64,000 bases of DNA from Macrostomum lignano (taxonomy: Eukaryota). Shown one piece after another: positions 36,735-49,190 of the stretch (its first letter is position 1; each line of letters opens with the position of its first letter). The position numbers and the translations under genes are program-made. Below the pieces are notes generated by a model. It was not told the origin of the DNA. It saw nothing but the letters and a program-made list of their open reading frames with translations, and made no database searches. The stretch spans positions 54,571 through 118,570 of the forward strand of contig NIVC01003880.1 of the NCBI GenBank assembly GCA_002269645.1, written 5' to 3'.

Positions 36735-36789
36735 TTAGGGTTAGGTTAGGTTAGGGTTAGGGTTAGGGTTAGGCTAGGGTTAGGGTTAG
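36735..36789 (+). repeat. (TTAGGG)n tract in Helitron unit 3
   Basis: About 9 units at the homologous position. Confidence 0.95.
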
Positions 36790-37795
36790 AAAGTTGACAG
36801 ATTTTTTTAGATTTCATGGCTTATGGGGAGCATCGCTGAGATGTCAAGGGGGGAAGTTGATATGTTAAAGCTTGTGGGTGGGATTACTGACATGTCAAGG
36901 AAGTTTGACAGGAGATTTTTTAAGATTTCAAGGCTACATGTAGCTTATTAAAAAACGTTTATTTCATTTCTTTAGCTCCCCAACGGGGGGCGTAGATTGC
37001 TAGTATAGTAGCTAAAATTTTATAAAATTTAGTTTTTGAAATACTTTTGTAAGTTTATTCTATATTACTAATTGAGTTTTTCTATAAAAATCATAAATTT
37101 AGCAATATTTTTATTAAATATTTTATATTCATTATAAGAATTTAGAAATATGAGTGTAGTTTGAGATTTAAAAAATATAAAATCTTTTAATTTATTAACT
37201 TTTTCTATATGTCCAGAGATAGGATAAGATCTAGATCTGCCCCAAAATTGAGAGTTCCAGAGAGTTCCTAACTCTGCCCAATTTCAAAACTTTGATCCAA
37301 TTCAACCTTTATACTACTTATGCATCTAATAAGGATCCTGATCCATATTACTATAATCCCTAAATAGTTGATCCCATCTAACCTTTACCTATGACTATCT
37401 TATCAAGTTTTAAACTTGCAGTTTTATTTTTGTAGTAAATAGGCCTATTGTATAGGCTTGTATATTCTTTCTTTGTGTAAATAAAACCTAAATTTATAAA
37501 TATGTAAGTTGAAAATACCAGCTAATACTTTAAATGACTATGCAAATGTCACACTAAATTCTCACTAAAGTACAATTTTAAATTTCCTCACCTTATATTA
37601 TTTACCATATTCTAATTGGGATAGTTCATTTTTGTTTTAATGTGCAGAAGCTTCTAGGTAGGCCTATTTAAAATGTATGAATACACAGTATCTGCCACCA
37701 AAATCTTCAAATCTCATGAGACAATTGAAAAATGAAAACATTTGGCGGTTGCAAAAATGCTTGCTACTTTGATTTCCAATTCATGCCCTCCCAAA

Positions 37796-39952
37796 ATGTC
37801 GGCAGCAGACGATGACGCATTCAACAGGCTGGCTAGCGACATTGCTAGACAGGTGGACAGCATTAAGAGCAATGCCAATCAGATCAAATCTCTGGCCTTA
37901 TCTATTGGCACTGAGCGGGACTCGTCAGACAGGCGGCAGCAGCTGCACTCGCTGACCCACACCACTAGGGCGCTGTGCCAGGCCGCCGCTGATCAGCTGC
38001 GCGATGGCCTGGCGCCAATGTGCGTCGGGCTGGCTGGCGGCGCCAGGCGCGCGCAGAAGGACCGCCTGTTGGACAAGCTGGCTAAGGCGGCAGGCGACTT
38101 TCAGGTATGCCTAGTGGGGTGGATAGAATGGTCGGGGGCGGTTGATAGGTCGGTGAGTAGGGTGGCGGATAGAGTCGGTGAGTAGGGTGGCGGGTAGTGT
38201 CTGGTATAGTCCGGTGAATAGTGTCTTGTAGAGTCGGTGAGTAGAGTATCTGGTAGAGTCGGTGAGTAGAGGATCTTGTAGAGTCGGTGAGTAGAGTATC
38301 TGGTAGAGTCGGTGAGTAGAGTGTCTGGTAGCGTCCGGTGAGTAGTGTCTTGTAGAGTCGGTGAGTAGAGTATCTAGTAGAGTCGGTGAGTAGAGGATCT
38401 TGTAGAGTCGGTGAGTAGAGTATCTGGTAGAGTCGGTGAGTAGAGTGGCGGGTAGAGTCAGTAAGTAGGGCGTCTGTTAGAGTCAGTGAGTAAAGTGTAT
38501 GGTAGAGTCGGTTAGTAGAGTGTCTGGTAGCGTCCGGTGAGTAGTGTGTCTTGTAGAGTCGGTGAGTAGAGTATCTGGTAGAGTCAGTGAGTAGAGCGTC
38601 TGGTAGAGTCAGTGAGTAGAGCGTCTGTTAGAGTCAGTGAGTAAAGTGTATGGTAGAGTCGGTTAGTAGAGTGTCTGGTAGAGTTCGGTGAGTGAGATAG
38701 CGGGTAGAGTCAGTGAGTAGGCATGTCGTTGAGCATTCAGTCTCTTCCGGCCCCATCCAGGAGGCGCAGCGGCTTGTCCAGTCGCGCGAACGCGAGCAAG
38801 TCGGCCAGCAGAAGCGCGCAGCCAGCGGTGTGGAGGCGGCCTTCAACAGCGATGCGCAGCCGCCCCCGCCCAGCGGTGCCGAAGACAACTCCAACCCGTT
38901 CACGCTGGAGAACGCGCAGATGCAGGCGACCGCGGATCTGCAAGACGATTTGCAGGCCGCCGAGGAGCGTGAGAGCCAGCTGCGGCAGCTGGAGCAGGAC
39001 ATTGTGGGTGAGCTTGCGGGACTGGGTTGTCAGGCCGTTAATTCCCAGCTATCCTAATGCGGGTAATCGATTTTATTGTAATATCCACACCCCTTCCGTC
39101 ATCTCAATTTCTCTATCCATCACCGAGTAAATACATTTACAGCCTAATAACTTCAGTAGAGTGTTAGCCTACTGACTTCAGCAAAATCAGCACAATTCTC
39201 CATTCACACTACTCCCAAATTCAGCCCACTCCCACTCTACCATTCACCCCACTCCACCATTCACCCCACTCCACCATTCACCTCACTCCACCATTCACCC
39301 TACTCCAATATTCACCCCACTCCACCATTCACCTCACTCCACCATTCACCTCACTCCACCATTCACCCTACTCCAATATTCACCCCGCTCCACCATTCAC
39401 CCCACCCCACTCCACCATTCACCCTACTACAATATTCACCTCACTCCACCATTCACCCTACTCCACCATTCACCTCACTCCACCATTCACCTCACTCCAC
39501 CATTCACCCTACTCCAATATTCACCCCACTCCACCATTCACCTCACTCCACCATTCACCCCACTCCACCATTCACCTCACTTCACCATTCACCCACTCCA
39601 CCATTCACCTCAGTCCCCACTCCACCATTAACCTCACTCCACTATTCACCTACTCTCTATTCACTCACTCCCCATTGACACCACTACCCTGTTCACCCCA
39701 ACCGCAGGCATCAACGAGATGTTCAAGGACCTGGCTCAGATGGTGCACGAGCAGGGCGACATGGTCGATTCGATCGAAGACCACGTCGGACAGGCGGTCA
39801 TGCAGGTGGACGAGGGCAACAAGAACCTGAAGCAGGCGGTCACCTATCAGAAGTCTGCTAGGCGCAAGAAGATCATCATTGCGCTGGTGGTGATTGTTGC
39901 GCTCGCTATCCTGGCCGTGATAATCTATTTTGCCGTGCCCAAGCCTAACTAG
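37796..39952 (+). CDS. STX7/STX12: Syntaxin-7/12-like endosomal Qa-SNARE; join(37796..38104,38761..39007,39708..39952), 266 aa
   Basis: Habc region (IKSLALSIGTERDSSDRRQQLH), SNARE motif ([39 protein letters not shown]) and C-terminal TM. GT-AG introns with phases 0 and 1 give 801 nt with no internal stop. Confidence 0.9.
38150..38720. repeat. About 25-bp minisatellite in syntaxin intron 1
   Basis: AGAGTCGGTGAGTAGAGTATCTGGT units. Confidence 0.9.
39225..39670. repeat. 17-bp minisatellite in syntaxin intron 2
   Basis: CACTCCACCATTCACCY units. Confidence 0.9.
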
Positions 39953-40085
39953 TGATTTATTGGCTGCTCGCTAGACTCTGTGAAACCGGTTTTTAAGTTA
40001 ACAATCAGCTTTGTAAACTTAATACTACGGGTCACTAATTACCGATTTTTATTTCGGCTGTTGCGCCAAGCATAAGCTGAAATAT

Positions 40086-40350
40086 GTGTGAATGAGTGAT
40101 TTATATGGGTGTGAATGAGTGATTTATATGGGTGTGAATGAGTGATTTATATGGGTGTGAATGAGTGATTTATATGGGTGTGAATGAGTGATTTATATGG
40201 GTGTGAATGAGTGATTTATATGGGTGTGAATGAGTGATTTATATGGGTGTGAATGAGTGATTTATATAGGTGTGAATGAGTGATTTATATAGGTGTGAAT
40301 GAGTGATTTATATGGGTGTGAATGAGTGATTCATGTGGGTCTGAATGAGT
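40086..40350. repeat. 23-bp minisatellite (GTGTGAATGAGTGATTTATATGG)n
   Basis: About 11 near-identical units. Confidence 0.95.
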
Positions 40351-40474
40351 GATTTATGTGTGTCATTGAGCGAATTTTTTTGGACGCAAATGGGTGGAAG
40401 GCTGAAGCTATAAGTGTCAATGAGTTAAAAATGTTGATGTGATTAATTGTGATCCAGCTGTGCGTGTGGATGAG

Positions 40475-40995
40475 TTAAAGGTGTGGGTGTGAATGAGTGA
40501 ATTGTATGGGTGTGAATGAGTAATGTGTGGGTGTGAATAAGTGATGCTTTGGTGTGAATAGGTGATGTTTGGGTGTGGATAAGTGAATGGTGTGGGCGTG
40601 AATGAGTGAAAGGTGTGAGTGTGAATGAGTGAAAGGTGTGGGCGTGAATGAGTGAAAGGTGTGGGTGTGAATGAGCAAAATGTGTGGGTGTGAATGAGTG
40701 AAATGTGTGGGTGTGAATGAGCAAAATGTGTGGGTGTGAATGAGTGAAATGTGTGGGTGTGAATGAGTGAAAGGTGTGGGCGTGAATGAGTGAAAGGTGT
40801 GGGTGTGAATGAGTGAAAGGTGTGGGTGTGAATGAGTGAAAGGTGTGGGTGTGAATGAGTGAAAGGTGTGGGTGTAAATGAGTGAAAGGTGTGGGCGTGA
40901 ATGAGTGAAAGGTGTGGGCGTGAATGAGTGAAAGGTGTGGGTGTGAATGAGTGAAAGGTGTGGGTGTGAATGAGTGAAAGGTGTGGGTGTAAATG
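40475..40995. repeat. 23-bp minisatellite (GTGTGAATGAGTGAAAGGTGTGG)n, related to the preceding array
   Basis: Shares GTGTGAATGAGTGA with the 40086 array; explains the HTHTFHSF shadow ORF. Confidence 0.95.
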
Positions 40996-41894
40996 CGGGA
41001 TGTTTAATTGGAAGCTGCTTAAATAGATAATCAAACCGCAGATGCTACTACATCTTGAGGACACCTAAAGTTTCACTGTCGCCATTCATACCTGAATCTG
41101 CAGAAGTCCATCGCACTCTGAGCTGTCCAGACACGGCTTATTTCCAGGACATGTCAACCCCTGAATTGCGGCTGTGGCTCTCTTTCTTAGCAATTATTGT
41201 TGCAAATTTACATGCTAACTTAAATATGAAACCCTTTGATCAAAAAGTATACAACGCCAAAGCACGTATTGCAGACACTCCACTCTGCAACCCATGTGAG
41301 CGCACGCAGGTCATCATTCCAGTGTCACAACGGCCCCCGGCTGTCTCAAAATTAAAATTCTTGGAATATATTGCACTTTTAGCTGAAACATTTTATTTTA
41401 ACCGAATCGCGTTTTTACAGTCTCCTTGTCGCCTCCTCCTTTGCACTCAGTTTGATTTCTTCGCCTAATAGTTTTTTTAGTTCGGCTTTAAAACTATTAT
41501 GGACATCTCAGTTACCCATTATTAATATGTTGCTTTTCCATGTTCAGTGCTGTTTTTTCATGTTTTTTTTATTTTACAGCAAAAATTCTAGCGCGCATTC
41601 TGCCAGCGCTACTGATAGTAGAAAATGCCGACTATTTATAACGTCGCGGGCTGTCACAGAGTATCACCAATCGGATATATTCTGTTTTTTGTAAATAAGT
41701 ATATTAAGTAAAAGTATAACTATACATTATTTCGTACTCAAAAATATAATTGCTTTATTATTTAATATCCTGATTGGGTCTTTCATCTTAGATTTTTTTA
41801 CTTTTTTTCGTCTAATTGATTGCTGATTTAGTCTAGATAGCTTATACTCCTGTGGGTAAACTTAATGCACATTATATATGATCAACTCCAAATC

Positions 41895-42300
41895 TGTGAT
41901 CCTCCTACAACCTCTAACCTCCCATACCCTATAACCTCCCACACCTTCCAACCTCCCACACCCTCTAACCTCCCACGCAAATTTAACCTCCCAGACCTTA
42001 AAACCTCCCACACCCTCAACCTCCCACAACCTTTAAACTCCTACACCCTCTAACATCAGGGACCTTCTTACCTCCCGCACCCTCAACCTCCCACACCGTC
42101 TAACCACTCACACACATCTAACCTTCTACACCCTCTAACCTCCCACACCTCTAACTTCCCACACACATGTAACCTCCCAGACCTTCTAACCTCCCACACC
42201 TCTAAACTCCCAGACCTCTCAGACGTCCAACTTACCAGACACAACCTCCCAGGCATCCAACTTCCCAGGCAACCAACCTGCCAGACACCCAACATCCCAG
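41895..42300. repeat. Degenerate C-rich repeat of about 20 bp
   Basis: Recurrent AACCTCCCACACC/CTCTAACC motifs. Confidence 0.75.
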
Positions 42301-42416
42301 ACCCACTGTAATCTTGAAGGTATGGCTGATTGAAAACATTTGGAAACAAGAACTGTTACGTAACCAACGTATCCCGCAGCTATTCAGTCCATTTATCTAG
42401 TCTCTACCTTGTCAAG

Positions 42417-43865
42417 ATGGCGGCACTGGCTATGAACCCACTGAATCAGAGCATGGGCGCTCTGGGCGGCGGCGGTGGCGGCGGCCAATTCTCTCCCCTG
42501 ACCCTATTCGAGTGCACCATCACCAACGCCACCATGCTGGTGGACACCATGCCGGTGCGCGACCTTCTAGCCGCATTTCGCATCGTCTCCCAGCTGGGCG
42601 CCCACGTAGCCGAGGTGCTGGAGCCTCAGGTCGGCAGGCTGGCCGACTCTGCCGATGACGGCCACCAGGGCCAGCCGGCTGGGGCGGCCTCGTCGTCAGC
42701 CAGCCTGCAGCAGCGACCTCAACCACCGCAGCAGCCGCAGCAGCCGCCGCCGCCTCAGCCGCCGCCGCAGTCGCGCCCAATGAAGCGGGAGTTCTTCGAC
42801 GACGAAGACGACGAGGAGCCGCCGGATGCCGACTTTTGCGGCGCCGGGCCGCTGGGCACCGGCGGCTCTTCGTCGTTTTTCTACGACGAGGCAAGCGTGT
42901 CCAGCGGCGCCGCCGGGGCTGCGCCGAACGCCAAGATGATCCGGCATGGGTACGCGGACGCTCCGCCAGTGTCAGAGTCTGGGGAGCTGTCGGCTGAGTG
43001 GAAGGTGCGGCGCCAGAGTGGGGGGTTTCAGAATTTTATTATATAATCTCCATGTATAACAGTAATCTGTTATCAGGTTAAAGGTACAGGAGTTTGTCAA
43101 GCTGGCGATGAATAAGGCGATCTGTATCTGAATTGTCTGAGCAAAGCAACAGATGGCTTGGGAACCTTATGCCCAACAAGAAACTCGCGTGCTGCTGAAA
43201 AAGCGATTGAAACGACTATTCAGTTGGCCATGAAGCACCTTTAAAACGATTGAAATCCCGACGAACCTTTTTATTAGAATTTTTTATAACCGCGATAACT
43301 ATTTAAAACTGCATGTGCGCATATTACTACTTTTTTGCAGACGGTGCAGTAGGTTCAGTTTGTTCTTTAAAGAAAATACTAATGTTTTAAGATTATAATA
43401 GCTGGCAAATTGATTTCCAATCTAGTACATATTTCGACAATTGCGCGGCATTTTTGTTTGATGTGTTTTCGCACCTACCAAAGTTGTACAAGTGGGCAAT
43501 AAATGAAATGAATAAATTGAGTTTGCGGCACTTCACAGTTAGTTAATTAGCAGCAAGGTGTAAACGAGTTGAAAATTATCATCTGCCTGCAATTAAGATA
43601 AAGACATTTTATAGGAATAAAGGCGGGCAGGTATGCTTGGGCTAATCATAATTACCTAATTACCTGCCTGCTAATCTCGGCTTTTAACAGGGCATCCTGC
43701 GCCGGGCCTATCGCCTGCTTAAAGAGGAAACCGGCAGCAACCTGTTCGACTTTGCGCTGCCCTATTCGGCTCGCGTCAACCTGGAGGCGGCCAATAGGGT
43801 GATTGAGAAGGCTCGCAGCATGGCGCCTGACAGCGTCTCGCCCAGCCACTTGACCGCTTGGACCA
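42417..43865 (+). CDS. 5' exons (42417..43004, 43691..43865) of an uncharacterised protein with Gly, Pro/Gln and acidic tracts
   Basis: GC-rich open frame from ATG 42417. Donor AAG|GTGCGG (43005) and acceptor TTTTAACAG (43690) are both phase 0. Exon 2 is open (GILRRAYRLLKEETG..) and ends at A|GTGAGT. Downstream link not resolved. Confidence 0.55.
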
Positions 43866-46800
43866 GTGAGTGCCACGCTAAAGTTAAAAAAATACAAACG
43901 GAATTGCTTGAATAGCAAGGATTTGTTGTCTTTGAATTGAGTTTATTTTAATTTATTATATTGCACTTTTTCTATTGCATTTTTTACTTTGTCTTTAAAG
44001 AACTCAAACTAAACGGACGTTGCAGGGCTCTGTACTAATTATTAAAACTATAATGCGGATATTCAGTGTTCACGGCCAATTTCTATCTATGATGGATTGT
44101 GTATGCATTAATTATCTAATTAACAATCTTTATTTTAGAGTTTTCGTGCGTTTTGAAGGGCCCATCTAAAAACAAGCTTAGCCTTTTTTATTTAAATTTA
44201 AATAATTAGTAAAGCAATAATAATAATGTACATTGTACACAGAAGACTACCGCCTAAGTCTCTGCAACACTCGTTTAGCGTCATCTAGCACAAGTTCAAG
44301 CCAAGTAAATCAAGTAAATACACAATGGTAAGACGCTAAGACCTTGTTTACTCTTTTTAGCCCTGTGCCGAAGGTACACCCGATTGTACTTTAAGGACAC
44401 ACTAAAGCGTACTCACGCATCAGAAAACAGTAAACAGAGGAGCAGCGAGATATTCTATTTATACTGTCCCGTAAGCTTACCAGTTCGATTTGTGGTTCAA
44501 TTCTTTTAGTTGTGGCTTTGCCCAGATTAAAGTTTAAGAGGAAAAAGTATGCACTGCAGCTCCGACAAGTTTGTGTTGGCCCTTGTTATAAAATTGAAAT
44601 GAAATTATTGTTTTATGTTTCTTCACTCAGAATTCGCCAATAATTATTTGTCAAATTACTACAACAAGACTTTAAAAGCAAACTTTTGGCGTCGCAGGAA
44701 GTCTTCTTCCGTTGGTGTGCTCTTTGTAAGTTACCGAGACGTTACTCAAAACCGTAGAGCCTGTAACGATTCGTCTCTAATTTATCGTATGTTCTGCAAA
44801 GACTTAAGCAATACTAACGCCAACCTTTTAGATAATTGCACGAAGTACTTAAGTACTTACTTCTATTGTACTTTGGTTTCAAACATGAAAAAGAAACTAA
44901 AGTCAAAGAGATGGGATTCTCAATGCAGGCTGTTGTCAGTAAGTTTGCTGCAATGCTAGATAGCGGGGAGGAAATCTTGGGGTTAATCATTGCTGTTATT
45001 TCCTTCTTATAGACTCGTTAGCAGCAGTATATATAGAAAATAGTTTGATGAATGCGAGGCAGCTGTTAGGATGCTTACTCTGTACACATCGATATAGTAT
45101 GAGCATTATGTGTCCAGAGAAGTATCCGAAAGCGTGTTTTAATTTAACCTCGGTTCGCGAAGTCAAAGCAATGGAAGTTTAAAACGACGACATGACGAAC
45201 TACCGTTCCAAAACGGGACGTTTACTATGTACACCAAACATTTAAAGCATTTGTGTATACACGGTAAACGCCCCGCCAGCACGGACAATGAGACAAGGAG
45301 TTTGGGATTTTAGGTTGAAACGGTGCGCAATGAAATTCCTTTTGGTGCTTAACGTATTCCACTTGTCTTTTAAAATTCTGACAAATGGACATACGAAGCG
45401 CCATTAGAAACATCGTGTATCTTACATTAGAAAGTAAGTCTCCAAATAAAACAAAAACTTACCACGCTTACTCGCAGTTGCAACAATCGTCGTAGGAGTT
45501 GATTTGTCTGTCTTGAATGAAACAGACTAAGTGTGGAGCTTTGTCGTTTACTGGGGTCCTTTTTATCTGCATTTGTCTAGACCAACTTATTGGTGGGTGC
45601 CTGAATTGGCCAACGCAAGTTTAGCGACTTGTGCTATTGGCTCACGTGTGGACGCCCCTCTCACCCTCCCTCCTCCGCGGATTGGCTCTGCGCATTTTTG
45701 TGCGTGCCACTGTGGTAGGGTGGGGTAAGGAAAGGAAGCCTGATCCGGCTGGTAGAGCGGCTGGCTCTGAGGCATGATTCTAGACCCAACCCCTTGCAGT
45801 CTTCGCCTCACTTCCTAATACGAAGCCCCCAATCTTAACCAAAACCAAGCCAACTTAAACCCCAAACCCAAACTATTTGACTTCAATTCTTATGTTCACT
45901 CGACTCTCCTAGCCTTCTACTTGCAAGTTGCAACAAATAGCTCCTATTAGATACTTTTCTCTAATGAGAAATGTAAGATCTGTACTATTCTTTTTGTAAT
46001 TAGGAATAGTGGGTTGACTCAATTTTATTTTTATTTTTTTGCGTTTCTATGATCACCCCGTATAAAAAGTCCATTTCATGTGATACTGATGACTGCAACT
46101 AGGTTTGATGAATGACAGTTGTACGTGTAACGTAAGATTAGAATAACTTAGACGGCCGACTATTTACTTTGGTTATATCGTAAAATACGCATGCATGGAA
46201 ACAGTTCAACAAAAACAATTCTTTACTGGAATTGTACTGTTGATTATCTTTATAGAGTATTATTCAGTTTCAGTTTCAGCTTAATCATTATTACATAGCC
46301 TTAATTCACGCGGCACAGAACTTAAGCAATGTCATTGCTGATTCAGTAACGTGTGAATTTGTGAAGGAACTACAAGCGTGCCAAAGTGCTGTTGCTCATC
46401 GTAGCATCAGGGACGTAAGCAGGATTGGGGAGGGGCTTCATTTCATTTTGGTGGCCTGGGCTCTTGATATTTACTAGGATTTGCAATTGCCCGAAATTTT
46501 TTATTTTACATAGTAAGTACCAAAAACGTGCCCATTTCGTGCATCCGCAATAGTTATTTGTTATAAAATATTTTGAAGGCTTAACAATCGTTTGAAATTA
46601 ATATTTTTTTCTGGATGCACTTTCTGTAATTACTATCATATGCATATATTAAAAATTCTAAACTGCAGAGTCAGACACTGGTATTACGTTGATGTGCAAC
46701 AGTGTCTGTCCGTCTTGTCAGAAACTGAAAAAAAAACACTAAGAAACCTATATGAATAGTATATAGAAGACTACTCGTAGTGCAAGGCATACTAATTACT

Positions 46801-48229
46801 AACATGTGAAGTACAGCTAGTGATTGCTATATTTTAGAAAGCGAGCGTAACTTGAATGTTCATTTCTATTTGTAAAACACAGACAGGTCTTAACTCGGCA
46901 TAAATAATACAAAGAAGTTTAAAAGTAGGCACATCATTGAACAATGAATCATCCATAACTTTGGGGTCCCCGGTGGAGCGTTGTTCCACTTGGCCGGGAT
47001 TAGAAAGCCAACCTGTTGAACTCTTGAAGCAGCCGAAGCTGTATTACCATTGCCAATGGCATTTTTGTTTTTATCATTGCAGTGTCAGCACGAGTTAGTA
47101 GGGGATAACAGGTAGTTGTTGCTTAGTACTTAAACTTCTTAAAGTATAGAATGCCACACACGGGCTTGAGGTTGGGTCAGATGGGTCAGTCAAAGGGTCA
47201 GATTTCCATATGTTCGACTTTGTCTCCAATTTTGACACGTGGTTTTTAATGAAAATTTAGATTACTACCTTTGGAGTTCCTTAATCACTGAAAGGGTGGG
47301 TGTCATTCCGAAGTCACAACTTGCAATTCAACTTAGGCGTAGCCTTGAAACTGACAGTCACCCTTGGGTGGTCAAAGTCGGGTAGAGGAGTGGGGAAAGT
47401 GAAATGTGAAAACACCGTGGGGGTCTTTATCAATGCGCAGGTAGCCGCCCCAGGGGTTCGGAGTGCAACGCTGGGCTGGCATAAAGACCTGACCCCATGG
47501 CATGTTGCGCAATGCTAGCCTGCGTGTATTGTGTGCGCAAATTAAGAATGGTCCTGGAGATCCGAAGCGAAGGATTATCAAGTTTGGCTCACCACCTGGG
47601 GGTTGGGGTTGAGATCGCGGGCTATTGTTCTCTCTCGTCTTATCAGTTGGAGTTTCCACTGGCATTGATATTATTTTAGTCGCTAATACTTTTTGCCTAT
47701 GGCGCAGCCGCAGGCAGATGGCTGTGTGGACGTGTGGTCCGAACTTGGTGGTGGGGTAGGTGAATGTGGGCTTTGCAGGACGTTTTCGCACCTTAATATA
47801 ATGCCATTCTCTATAACCTTGGAACCTAGGCAAAGGTGTCTAGCTTTGAAATGTTGCGCAAAGCCAGGCACGTTGCGGCTTAAGGCTTGGTGTGGCATCG
47901 CGCATTCGCTTCCTCGGCATTGTTTAAGATTAAACGACTATTATCGTCATTGGTCGCTTGACCTTGGCTTGTGGAAATAGCATTGGGGAATGTTTATCTA
48001 AGTGTATTGGGCAATCTTTTTCTAATCTAGTATTGTCCTCGAAAGTTGCCAGAACAAGGATGCAATATTAGGCCTAATTTTTGCAATAACAACTTATCCC
48101 TTCGGCTTGGCCTCTGATTGTATTGTACAGAGAGAGCTGCGGGATGTCACTATACTGTTGAACTGAAAGTATTCGTGTTTGATGATTTGTTCTATAATAA
48201 ACTTTTGTGTTTATTCACGCAGCTCTAGG

Positions 48230-49130
48230 TTTCTGATCCCAATCCCTGTTTCCATCTCAATCCCTGTTTCCATCTCAATCCCTGTTTCCATCTCAATCCC
48301 TGTTTCCATCTCAATCCCTGTTTCCATCTCAATCCCTGTTTCTATCTCAATCCCTGTTTTCATATCAATTCCTGTTTTTATCTCAATTCCTGTCCTGATC
48401 CCAATCCCTGCCCAGATCCCAATCCCTGCCCAGATCCCAATCCATGTCCAGATCCCAATCCCTGCCCAGATCCCAATCCATGTCCAGATCCCAATCCCTG
48501 CCCTGATTCTAATCCCTGTCATAATCCGAATCCCTGTCTTGATCCCAATCCCTGTACTGATCCCAATCCCTGCCCTGATTCTAATCCCTGTCATAATCCC
48601 AATCCCTGTCTTGATCCCAATCCCTGTCCTGATCCCGATCCCTGTCCTGATCCCAATCCCTGCCCTGATCCCAATCCATGTCCAGATCCCAATCCCTGTC
48701 CTGATCCCAATCCATGTCCTGATCCCAATCCCTGTCCAGATCTCAATCCCTGTCTTGATCCCAATCCCTGTCCTGATCCCAATCCCTGTCCAGATCCCAA
48801 TCCCTGTCCAGATCCCAATCCCTGTCCTGATCCCAATCCATGTCCTGATCCCAATCCCTGTCCAGATCTCAATCCCTGTCTTGATCCCAATCCCTGTCCT
48901 GATCCCGATCCCTGTCCTGATCCCAATCCCTGTCCTGATCCCGATCCCTGCCCTGATACCAGTCCCTACCCTGATCCCAGTCCCCGCCCTGATCCCAATC
49001 CCTGCCCTGATCCCGATCCCTGTCCTGATCCCAATCCATGTCCAGATCCCGATCCCTGTCCTGATCCCAATCCCTGTCCTGATCCCAATCCCTGTCCTGA
49101 TCCCAATCCCTGTCCTGATCCCGATCGTAA
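48230..49130. repeat. 18-bp minisatellite (CCTGATCCCAATCCCTGT)n, about 50 units
   Basis: Visible tandem units; one + frame reads (PDPNPC)n. Confidence 0.95.
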
Positions 49131-49190
49131 TTCTAGAAGTTCATGTCACAGTAAATGACAGCAGTCTCGCTTCCGAACTGACCCAAGCAG

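Larger units (their letters stand above)
34291..37003 (+). mobile_element. Non-autonomous Helitron-like unit 3 (variant; starts at a (TG)n microsatellite, ends CTAG|T)
   Basis: (TG)n then GATCGATTTTAGCAAAAATGGCTCAACCGATTTT. 3' end CCCCAACGGGGGGCGTAGATTGCTAG (CTAG at 37000-37003) followed by T. Confidence 0.7.

Noticed and set aside
44615-47980. Short ORFs as the missing middle exons of the 42417-49610 gene
   Set aside because: No candidate with a phase-1 acceptor, phase-0 donor and plausible sequence was found.
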